NCBI GenBank assembly: GCA_049314435.1
Contig: JBMOFD010000006.1
Location: 1-42,438 of the forward strand
Direction of reading: 5' to 3'
DNA from: Chlamydiia bacterium
Lineage (GTDB): Bacteria > Chlamydiota > Chlamydiia > Chlamydiales > JBMOFD01
DNA: 42,438 nt
A program made the position numbers and the translations under genes. Position 1 is the first letter of the stretch, and each line of letters opens with the position of its first letter. Shown in pieces: positions 9,472 to 17,367 of the stretch. The notes under the pieces were generated by a model. That model was not told the DNA's origin. It saw only the letters and a program-made list of their open reading frames with translations, and did no database searches.

Positions 9472-10170
9472 CTACTGAGGCGTCGGTTCCCATCTAGCAT
9501 ACACAGTCAGACGGGTATCTCCACTGGTTGGGCGCAATGCTGACCGCTGGGGAGGGTCTAGCCGTTCAACAGTAGCGCTCACTTCAGCACCAGATAGCCA
9601 GGAGCCTACGCGCCCCACAACTCGATTGGCAATGGCTTCCTCCTGTTGCGTGATCGACCCATCATAGTAAAAATCCAGGTGAACCTTAGAACCATCCCAT
9701 TCGACTGTCACGTTACGGAGGCTTGGAGTGACCTCTCCCAAAAGAGCCCTATCAGCTGCAAATAGAATGTAAGGGCGCGTAAGTGGCGCCTTAAAGAGCA
9801 CATCACGAATCTTTGAACCGCTAGCAATTGCCTCCTCCTGCGCAGGTTCTTCGTGCCGGAGATACGCCAGGACCCCTGGAGCTACGATCGCCTCCGGCAT
9901 TGGCTGATGAACAAATATCTCTTGAAACACCTCAACAGACTCTGGGTAGTCGGCGAGCAGCTCGGTTCCAACGCATCGGCATTCCTCTTCCTGGTCTTCG
10001 GTAAGTGGCTCGTCATAGATGAAGAACACCTGGAAACGGTGCCAAGACGCATCAACGCTCACAGCACGAAGCGGTTGAACGACGCTGTCAAGTAAAGCCC
10101 TTCCAGCGCTGAGAACTATGCCTAACGGTGTGTATGGGTTGTTATTGGGGATTTGGTCTTGACGGAACAA
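9472..10170 (-). CDS. Putative polymorphic-toxin immunity protein made of two tandem homologous domains
   Basis: The two halves share the pattern A.RALL..V...LR.V.V.......F.YD...T...E...Y.R.E. It overlaps the end of a toxin-tip remnant. TTG start at 10170 inferred from an upstream AAGGGA (ORF is open to 10254). Confidence 0.6.
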   Translation of the reverse strand: MFRQDQIPNNNPYTPLGIVLSAGRALLDSVVQPLRAVSVDASWHRFQVFFIYDEPLTEDQEEECRCVGTELLADYPESVEVFQEIFVHQPMPEAIVAPGVLAYLRHEEPAQEEAIASGSKIRDVLFKAPLTRPYILFAADRALLGEVTPSLRNVTVEWDGSKVHLDFYYDGSITQQEEAIANRVVGRVGSWLSGAEVSATVERLDPPQRSALRPTSGDTRLTVYARWEPTPQ

Positions 10171-10261
10171 GGTGTATTCCCTTTTTGCTATAGTGAATTT
10201 GCGCTCTAGTTGTCGCCATCGTCGCTCCCGTATTCGGATCCATGAAGAAACCAAGCTGAGC
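10142..10261 (-). pseudogene. C-terminal remnant of an Ntox50-like (polymorphic toxin type 50) RNase toxin
   Basis: A frame absent from the ORF track reads AQLGFFMDPNTGATMATTRAQIHYSKKGIHLVPSRPNPQ*, matching the G..DP.TG...TT.G.IHYSK.G.H.VP.RP tail. An in-frame TGA lies directly upstream. Confidence 0.75.
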
Positions 10262-10578
10262 TCAACCCAGCTACGAGCTGCTACGCCTAAGCAGGCCAGC
10301 CTAGCTCAAAGCTGGGCTTTCTAATGGGAATTACTAGTTGTCGTAGAGTCTTGATTTTCAGCTGACTGCGAATTGTCGACAAAGTTGCTCTCCCAAGCGG
10401 ATATGGATCGATGTCCCCAACATGATTGGGAGATCATCAGATCTTTTCTGTCAGAATGCCCTGAGCTCAAAGGAGATCATGGCCACTCCTGCACTATTAC
10501 GAACCCAACGCGACCGACCGACAGCGATCAGCTCAGGATCAACTACGTCGTGATCGATGCCGTGAAATTGCAAGCAGC

Positions 10579-10787
10579 AGCAAAGACTCCTCTCAAGGTA
10601 GCTGACTCAGGAACGAGCGCGCTGGCACGACGTTGAGTTCGCCCGGAATGAGAGTGTTCATCGAGGTATAGGGGAGGTCGAAGACTACTTGCACGGCATA
10701 CGTGGGGCGTAGCTGCTCGTAGAATTTGTGGAAGGACTCTCCGATCGAGCGTTGTTGACTCTTCGCTTCGACCATCATCCAAGGTTC
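10579..10787. repeat. 209-bp perfect direct repeat, copy 2 (3' end of the intact ATPase gene)
   Basis: Identical to 9134..9342. Confidence 0.97.
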
Positions 10788-11810
10788 ATTGTCCTTGGCG
10801 ATGAGGAAGTCGATTTCCCGCTGATCCTTATCCCGTAGGTAGTAGAGCTCAAAGGCTCCCCAACCGCAGTCGCTCCAAAAATGGCAGGCCTTCAGGAGGT
10901 GCGAGGCGATGACATTTTCCCTTCGTGAGCCTTCGTCTAAGACCAGGGTCCAATCCCAAAGATAGATCTTCGGCTCTTTCAAAAGTGAGCGGGTCACATT
11001 TTTGGACCATGGCCGAATGGTAAAGCAGTAGTAGAGAGCTTCTAGCGTCTGCACCCAGGAGCGAATCGTGTTGGCCGAGATACGCACCTTCTTGGCTAGA
11101 CTCTCGTAGGAGGTCGATTGCCCTGCTTGGTGACGAAGAAGTTCGCCTAGGACCTCTAACTGGGCAATCTGCTGGATCTTGGTGAGATCCCTCACTTCGT
11201 CTTGGAGGAGTTGTTTAAAACGCAACGACTGCCACCGCTGCAGGAATTCGTCAGAGCGCTGTAAATAGGGATCTGGATAGCCTCCAAAACGCAGGAGAGC
11301 CTCATAGTCGGCATCAGGGATAGCCACGGGCTTAGATCGCAGAGGCTCCTCGATCATCTGAGCTGAAGCGATCTCCCCTACAGACAGGGGATGGTATCGA
11401 TAGAGGAAGTAGCGGCCCATGAGGCTGTCACCACCCCGATTGAAGACATCCAGACGGGCGCTCCCCGTGACAAGGATCTTGGCGCGATGGCTCAAGTGGT
11501 CGTATAGGCCTTTGAGTAGATCCTTCCAGTGGGCGAATTTGTGCAGTTCATCAAGGATGATCAGGGGAGGATGATCTCCAATGACCTCAAGGTTGGCGGC
11601 CCGCTCAATCCCGTCCACACCCTCGAGTAGCACCAGCCGTTGCGATGGGATGTCCCAGTTCAGATAGGTTCCGCCACCAAACCGCTCGAGTAGGTGTTGC
11701 CCGGTCGTGGTTTTCCCGACCTGACGAGGGCCTGTCACGAAGGCCATCTGTCGATATCGACGGAGGTTCGTTTCAAAAAAGCTGTCGTATATGCGATCCA
11801 TGCCGACCAT
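10593..11810 (-). CDS. AAA_14-family ATPase with C-terminal DUF4143 domain
   Basis: Walker A GPRQVGKTT, Walker B IILDELHK, VTGSA, FGGYP, PKIYLWD, and YYLRDKDQREIDF...VEAK (PD-(D/E)xK-like tail). Start at 11810 or 11801. Confidence 0.92.
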   Translation of the reverse strand: MVGMDRIYDSFFETNLRRYRQMAFVTGPRQVGKTTTGQHLLERFGGGTYLNWDIPSQRLVLLEGVDGIERAANLEVIGDHPPLIILDELHKFAHWKDLLKGLYDHLSHRAKILVTGSARLDVFNRGGDSLMGRYFLYRYHPLSVGEIASAQMIEEPLRSKPVAIPDADYEALLRFGGYPDPYLQRSDEFLQRWQSLRFKQLLQDEVRDLTKIQQIAQLEVLGELLRHQAGQSTSYESLAKKVRISANTIRSWVQTLEALYYCFTIRPWSKNVTRSLLKEPKIYLWDWTLVLDEGSRRENVIASHLLKACHFWSDCGWGAFELYYLRDKDQREIDFLIAKDNEPWMMVEAKSQQRSIGESFHKFYEQLRPTYAVQVVFDLPYTSMNTLIPGELNVVPARSFLSQLP

Positions 11811-11998
11811 CCTGAACCCTATTACAGAATAGTCGCGACTTTTCCGCAATAGACTTCGGAATGGGATGGCCCTCCCTGGCATCCAACTCAGGAGGTCCGG
11901 AGGATGTCATCCTCCGGCGAGGTGTGGAGCAGCGCTCCACATCAGTGCAGCCTCTCCTGGATGATGCTATCATCGCGCTCCTAACCCGTGGATCTTGG

Positions 11999-12928
11999 AT
12001 GCAGGAAGCTCTTGGATTAGTCGTTCCCACCTATCAGGCTGAGGCGGAGATCGTGGCTTGCTTGGATCCATGGATCGCCAGCGGGCGCGTCGAACGGATC
12101 TTGGTGGTGGACTCTAGTTCGTCTGATCGAACGACAGATCTCGCCCGGGAGATGGGCGCTGAGGTCATGGTGATTCCCAAAGCGGAGTTCAATCACGGTC
12201 GGGTGCGCAACCTAGCTCGTCAGCGGCTGGGTACGTCGCTGGTCGCCTTCGTGTCTCAGGATGCCACTCTTAAGAATGCGGCTATGGTGCAGAGGCTTCT
12301 TGAGCCCCTATCTGCCGCAGGCATTGCGGTGGCCTATGCGCGACAGATCCCACGACCCGATGCCTCTGCGCGTGAAGTGATGCACCGACACTTTCTCTAT
12401 CCCGCTATTTCGTCGGTAAGAGAAGTGGCTGATCTCGCCAAGATCGGAAGGCGTGCGCACTTCTGCTCCAACAGCTGTGCGATCTGGCGACAGAGTGCGT
12501 TGGATGGTGTGGGAGGATTCCCACCGACCATGTTTGCCGAGGATGCGATGGCGGCCCTGGCGCTGCTGCTGCAAGGGGATAGGATCGCCTATGTGGCGGA
12601 TGCGGAAGTGATCCACAGCCACGCCCTCTCATTGTGGAAGCAGACCCAGCGCTATTTCGACATGGGTATGGGTCGGCATGAAATGGAGACTCGGTTGCCT
12701 TTGTTGAAGGCGTTGCCTTCTGACACGGGAGAGGGGTGGCGCTATGTGGTGACCCTGATTGGGACGCTCCTACGCACCGCGCCGCACGAACTTCCCATCG
12801 CGATGGTGGAGACACTCTGCAAATGGGTGGCCTTCCAGTCTGGTTCTCAGTTCCATAGAAGCTTGAGGGTTTTAGAAAGAGGGCGGAGTTCGTGCAAAAG
12901 CCCATCGAGACCTGGAGCGTGTGCATGA
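11999..12928 (+). CDS. Glycosyltransferase family 2 (rhamnosyltransferase-like)
   Basis: VVPTY, VVDSSSSDRT, FNHG..RN, SQDA, YARQIPR, FCSNS, F.ED and VIHSH motifs. Confidence 0.9.
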   Translation: MQEALGLVVPTYQAEAEIVACLDPWIASGRVERILVVDSSSSDRTTDLAREMGAEVMVIPKAEFNHGRVRNLARQRLGTSLVAFVSQDATLKNAAMVQRLLEPLSAAGIAVAYARQIPRPDASAREVMHRHFLYPAISSVREVADLAKIGRRAHFCSNSCAIWRQSALDGVGGFPPTMFAEDAMAALALLLQGDRIAYVADAEVIHSHALSLWKQTQRYFDMGMGRHEMETRLPLLKALPSDTGEGWRYVVTLIGTLLRTAPHELPIAMVETLCKWVAFQSGSQFHRSLRVLERGRSSCKSPSRPGACA

Positions 12929-13995
12929 TCGACTTGGAGCCTCTCCGGGAATGGTTTTTAGAACAGAGGCGCTGGCTGCCCTGGCGTCTGGAGCCAAGAG
13001 ATCCCTACCATGTCTTGGTCAGTGAAATCATGCTGCAACAGACCCGTGCCGAAGTGGTGGGCCCCTTCTTCCAGCGCTGGATGAAGCAGTTCCCCACAGT
13101 GCAAGCGTTGGCTCAAGCCCCTTGGGAAGAAGTTCTGAAGGCATGGGAGGGGTTAGGATATTACTCTCGGGCCAGGCGTTTGCATCTTGCGGCACAGAAG
13201 ATGGTGGAGGAGCATAGAGGTCAGGTGCCTCAAGAGGAGGAGGCCCTATCTCGGTTGCCTGGATGTGGTCCCTATACCGTGGGGGCAGTCAGAGCCTTTG
13301 CGTTCAAACAGCGTGCGGCCGCCGTGGATGGGAACGTACTTCGTGTCTGGAGCCGCCTTACGGCTGACCCCACACCGATCGATCGCATCGCCCAGCAACG
13401 TCAAATACGCAAAGACATCGAAAGCCAGCTTCCTCAGGAACGGCCATGGCAGGTCACGGAAGCCCTGATTGAGCTAGGGGCCTTGGTCTGCATCCCTAGG
13501 CGCCCCCGATGCGCGCAGTGCCCCTTAAAAGAGCAATGCAAGGCTTTTGCTCAAGGCCAGGTGGAACAGATCCCGGTGAAGAGGGAGCGTCATCCGGTGA
13601 CCCTGTTGCGGCAGCGAGCGCTACTGGCGTGGACGGATAGAGCTCTTCTGCTTGTTCGGGGTGAGGTGGGAGAGGTATTTGGGGAGATATGGCGGCTACC
13701 TACCTGGGAAGAGACGGAGGAGGGGATGGCCGACATGGAGGCGTGGACAGAAGCTTCCGTGGAGGTGTTTCCCTTGCAGAAACCGATCGTCCACTGCTAT
13801 ACGCGATTCCGTTGTGAGCTGCGGCCTTTCCAATGTTCATTGGTTGAGGAGCGCTCGATGGTTGGAGGAACTTGGGTGTGTTGGACGGATCTACCTCTTT
13901 TGACGCTGGCCAGTGGACATCGGGAGATCCTCGCTCGTTGGATGGAGACGAGCTGCTCAGCCAACGCCTGGAATGGATCGCCATCGATCAGCTGA
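12925..13995 (+). CDS. mutY: A/G-specific adenine glycosylase MutY
   Basis: LPWR, VSEIMLQQT, WEGLGYYSRAR, LPG.GPYT HhH, VDGNV.RV, C-X6-C-X2-C-X5-C FeS loop. ATGA overlap with the upstream gene. Confidence 0.96.
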   Translation: MIDLEPLREWFLEQRRWLPWRLEPRDPYHVLVSEIMLQQTRAEVVGPFFQRWMKQFPTVQALAQAPWEEVLKAWEGLGYYSRARRLHLAAQKMVEEHRGQVPQEEEALSRLPGCGPYTVGAVRAFAFKQRAAAVDGNVLRVWSRLTADPTPIDRIAQQRQIRKDIESQLPQERPWQVTEALIELGALVCIPRRPRCAQCPLKEQCKAFAQGQVEQIPVKRERHPVTLLRQRALLAWTDRALLLVRGEVGEVFGEIWRLPTWEETEEGMADMEAWTEASVEVFPLQKPIVHCYTRFRCELRPFQCSLVEERSMVGGTWVCWTDLPLLTLASGHREILARWMETSCSANAWNGSPSIS

Positions 13996-14732
13996 GTGCA
14001 GGGAGGCACCAGCCACGCAAGGAGTTTGGTGGAGCTGAGCTCGAAGCGCTAGCACAGTCGATCCGAACAGTGGGCATCATACAGCCTCTCGTCGTGCGTG
14101 CGCGGGGTCATCGCTTTGAGATCATAGCGGGGGAGCGACGCTGGCGAGCGGCACAGCTCGCCGGGGTCACGCATGTCCCGGCCATCGTCCGATCGGAGGC
14201 TGAAGAACGAACTGCTGTCATTGCTTTGGTTGAGAATCTCCAACGTCAAGACCTAAACCCTATGGAAGAGGCTGAGGCCTATGCGCGCCTTCAGAAAGAA
14301 TTTCTGTGGACGCAGGCGGAGCTCGCGACACGTGTGGGTAAGAAGCGATCGACCGTCGCCAACGTGCTGCGGCTATTGGCGTTGCCGACGCAGATTCAAC
14401 AGGCGGTACGAAGCGGTGAGGTCACATTAGGGCACGCCAAAGCCATCTTGGCCTTGCCCACCAAAGACGCCCAACTATCGGCCTTGCGGAAGATTCGGAC
14501 GGAGTCGTGGACCGTGCGTAAGGTCGAGGCATGGACCCACAAGCAGAGTCGTCCAGTTTTGCCAAAAGGCGCAACCGAGGTGGAAGAGGTTCGCCGAGCT
14601 CTTGAATATCACCTCAATGCCAAAGTCTCTATTGCTGACCAGCGGATCGTCGTCTCGTTCCAAGATGCAGAAGATTGCTGGCGCATCGTAGAGGCTATGG
14701 GGCTAGAGAAGGAGCCCGTGGACTCAGGCTAG
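13938..14732 (+). CDS. parB: ParB/Spo0J chromosome partition protein
   Basis: QPRKEF, GIIQPLVVR, IIAGERRWRAA, ENLQRQDLNPMEEA, HTH KKRSTVANVLRLL. Start uncertain (ORF is open from 13872). Confidence 0.93.
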   Translation: MDGDELLSQRLEWIAIDQLSAGRHQPRKEFGGAELEALAQSIRTVGIIQPLVVRARGHRFEIIAGERRWRAAQLAGVTHVPAIVRSEAEERTAVIALVENLQRQDLNPMEEAEAYARLQKEFLWTQAELATRVGKKRSTVANVLRLLALPTQIQQAVRSGEVTLGHAKAILALPTKDAQLSALRKIRTESWTVRKVEAWTHKQSRPVLPKGATEVEEVRRALEYHLNAKVSIADQRIVVSFQDAEDCWRIVEAMGLEKEPVDSG

Positions 14733-15286
14733 CATTGCCAGCTGAGGAGAGTTGGCATGTCCCAGATGTCCAGAGGACAGAAATCATCACCCCAGACATA
14801 TTGAGATATGATAGGACCTTGCTGCAGAGCCTTTTCAATGATCTAAGCTGGGAGCTTTTCGTGCCCCCGCAGTTGAGAATTGGGTGGGGGCATAGAATAT
14901 GGCCCTGAAAGTTGGCACAACAACCGCGAGCGCGGTAGCACCTTGTCAAACAAGCGGTTTGCAGGGCAGCTCCGGTCCCATACCAGGGGGCGCAACCGGT
15001 GGAAGAGGTGTTTTTTTGGAAAAAAATGGTCCACAAAAGGTGGAAAATGGCCTGGTTTCGGCCTGGCTCGAGCTTGGGGTCGATTGCCCGATTTTCGCGC
15101 CGCCTTACATGGGACATAAAGCCTTGCAGCAAAAGATTAACGGAAAAATTGAAGAAAAAGATTGCACAATTGAGTGCAAAATAGGTATTCAAATTATTAG
15201 AGGGCCTTACCTTGTCGGCGCCGCCGGGGCGACGGAAGGGAAGAGCCAGAAAGAATCATCTTAAACCCAAATTGGAGTGTGAGGGT

Positions 15287-15772
15287 ATGGCACTGAAGGA
15301 CATGATCAGTCAGTTGCGCAACCTGCTCAACGACATCGTCGTTGATCTGGGCAAAGCAGAAGGCGGCAATAAGGCTGCTTCTCAGCGCGTACGTGTTGGC
15401 ACCATTAACTTGGAAAAGCTGGCAAAGAGATATCGCAAAGAGTCCGTGACCACAGAGAAGAAATCTGGTCCAACTCGCAAAGCGAAAAAAGCGGGCACGA
15501 AGGCGAAAGCCGCTGTTAAAAAAACAGCTGCTAAAGCTAAGCCAAAAGCAAAAGCTGCTCCTAAGAAAGCTAAAGCTGTAAAGGCGAAAGCCAAGTCAGC
15601 TAAGAGCGCAGTTCGTGCTAAGGCAAAAACAGCTAAGACAGCTCGTGCTAAGCCAAGAGCAAAAACAGCAGTACGTGCTAAAGCACGTCGCTCTGCAGCT
15701 GCTCGTGGCGCTCGTCGGACCGTTCGTGCTGGTGCACGTCGTTCCGCTCGTGTGCAAGCTCGCAAGAAATAA
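15287..15772 (+). CDS. hctA: Chlamydial histone-like protein Hc1
   Basis: MALKD...DLGKAEGGNKAASQRVR..TINLEK.AK.YRKES is the Hc1 N-terminus, followed by a Lys/Ala/Arg-rich tail. Confidence 0.93.
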   Translation: MALKDMISQLRNLLNDIVVDLGKAEGGNKAASQRVRVGTINLEKLAKRYRKESVTTEKKSGPTRKAKKAGTKAKAAVKKTAAKAKPKAKAAPKKAKAVKAKAKSAKSAVRAKAKTAKTARAKPRAKTAVRAKARRSAAARGARRTVRAGARRSARVQARKK

Positions 15773-15786
15773 ACAGTGCGATTTTG

Positions 15787-15816
15787 ACCGGGGCCTTCGG
15801 GCTCCGGTTTTTTTTT
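15787..15816 (+). terminator. Intrinsic terminator of hctA
   Basis: ACCGGGGCC-TTCG-GGCTCCGGT with a cUUCGg tetraloop and a 9-T run. Confidence 0.9.
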
Positions 15817-15914
15817 GTCCTCAAGGGGTCATGGATTGCCGATCCAGTCCCTCTCCTGCTTGTGTTCCCTTCCTCTTGCTCAGTACAATCTCCTCCTCTC
15901 CATGCTGATTAGGC

Positions 15915-17300
15915 ATGGGAGACCGGAGGCCTTGTTCGCAGATGCCAGATCTTGCTACTGCAGAGTCACTCAACAGTGCCGCTGAGGCTCGATGCCGAGT
16001 TTTACCCAGAGATGGAATGGGGGGTGAGCCTTCGCCGCTCTGCATTGTAGATGGTCTTTTTCCTGGGGAAGTCGCCTGGGTGGAGTTAGGACGGCGACGT
16101 CGCGGGGAGCGGAGAGGCCGTATTCTCTCTGTCGACCAACACAAGAGGCTCTCACCAGCCTGCCCCCATGTGGCCTCTTGTGGCGGATGCCGTACCCAAC
16201 AATGGCTCTATCGTGACGAGTTGGCATGGAAGCAGGAGCGCATTGAGACCCTATTCCCGAAGGATGCGGACAACATCCACCCCATCGTGGCTGCGCCCAC
16301 TCGCTTTGGTTACCGCAACAAGATGGAGTGGAGCTTTGCTCAAGACCGAGCAGGACAGCAGTTTTTGGGTTTGTATGGCCGCTATGCTCGTGGAGTGATC
16401 TCGATCCAAGCATGTGCTTTGGTCCATCCTTGGATGTCCCAAGGACTCGCAGCGACCCGCGCATGGTGGAGCAAGGTGGGGTTGCCGGCCTTTCATCCGC
16501 ATCGAGCCACCGGGCTTTTACGAACTGTGACGATGCGTGAAGGGTTTCGCACCGGGGAACGGATGGCCATTCTCCTTGTGGATGGAGGAGAGAGGGAGAG
16601 TCTTACACCCCACCTGGCAGGATGGGTGGAGGCGATGAGGCCTCTGTGTAAGCACCTTCTTTTGCGCACACAGATGACCTGTCGTGGCGTGCCAACCTGG
16701 TTTCAGCAGGAGCTTCTGATGGGGGAGGAGCAGCTGCAGGAGGAGTTGCATGTGCTTGAACAACCCCTTCGCGTGGCGATCTCCGCGCCTGCCTTCTTCC
16801 AGCCCAATACCTTCGCGGCGGAGCGCATCTACCGTAGGGTCATCCAAGAGCTAGACCCACGGTTTCCAGTTCTCGATCTCTTTGCTGGGACAGGCATCAT
16901 GGGTCTGTTGGCAGCCCAGGCGGGTATGGAGGTGACGGCGGTGGAGCTTGTGCCAGAGGCTTGTAGGGATGCGGAAGCGAATGCACAGCGCAATGGTCTG
17001 AGTGATCGTTACCGCATGATCTGTGGAGATGCCACACAATGCGTGCAGCAGCATGATCTGCGTGGGGCTCAGGTGATTCTGGATCCGCCAAGAGCTGGAT
17101 GTGGGGGCATGTTATGTGAATGGCTTGTGCAACAGAAGCCTCCGCGCATTCTCTATCTGGCATGCAATCCACTTTCACAACAGAAAGACGTCGCCTGGCT
17201 AAAGGGCGGTGGTTATCAAGTGGAGTCAATCCATCCCTTTGATCAATTCCCTAATACGCCTCACATCGAAAATCTAGTCGTGTTGCGAGCCGACGGTTGA
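15915..17300 (+). CDS. rlmD: 23S rRNA (uracil-5-)-methyltransferase RlmD/RumA
   Basis: CPH...CGGC, YRNKME, AFFQPN, DLFAGTG, LDPPRAG, Y.ACNP, FDQFP.TPHIE. Confidence 0.92.
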   Translation: MGDRRPCSQMPDLATAESLNSAAEARCRVLPRDGMGGEPSPLCIVDGLFPGEVAWVELGRRRRGERRGRILSVDQHKRLSPACPHVASCGGCRTQQWLYRDELAWKQERIETLFPKDADNIHPIVAAPTRFGYRNKMEWSFAQDRAGQQFLGLYGRYARGVISIQACALVHPWMSQGLAATRAWWSKVGLPAFHPHRATGLLRTVTMREGFRTGERMAILLVDGGERESLTPHLAGWVEAMRPLCKHLLLRTQMTCRGVPTWFQQELLMGEEQLQEELHVLEQPLRVAISAPAFFQPNTFAAERIYRRVIQELDPRFPVLDLFAGTGIMGLLAAQAGMEVTAVELVPEACRDAEANAQRNGLSDRYRMICGDATQCVQQHDLRGAQVILDPPRAGCGGMLCEWLVQQKPPRILYLACNPLSQQKDVAWLKGGGYQVESIHPFDQFPNTPHIENLVVLRADG

Positions 17301-17367
17301 CTCCTTCTCGGGTTAGATTTCGATATCGGGACACAGATCTAGGAGTGCGCCCGGTTCGTCAGCCACT

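Noticed and set aside
10255..10320. AGCT-rich stretch as a CRISPR or tandem repeat
   Set aside because: No regular repeat-spacer periodicity and no cas genes. No CRISPR array was seen anywhere in the window.
10373..10636. 87-aa ORF; WEIIRSFLSECPEL faintly resembles a nucleotidyltransferase antitoxin N-terminus
   Set aside because: No GS/DxD motif follows and the ORF ends inside the repeat. At most a decayed fragment.
9134..10787. Diversity-generating retroelement template/variable repeat pair
   Set aside because: The two copies are identical with no adenine-specific differences, and there is no reverse transcriptase in the window.
14675..14908. 77-aa ORF downstream of parB
   Set aside because: No convincing start or RBS and no recognisable motif; cannot be supported without homology.
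15162..15180. CIRCE (HrcA) operator
   Set aside because: GAGTGCAAA resembles the right arm, but the left arm and the 9-nt spacing do not fit.
15382..15765. Antisense ORF over hctA, and similar shadow ORFs opposite rpsT, rpoD, sdhA, the DAACS gene and dnaB
   Set aside because: These are stop-poor antisense frames of real genes in GC-rich DNA.
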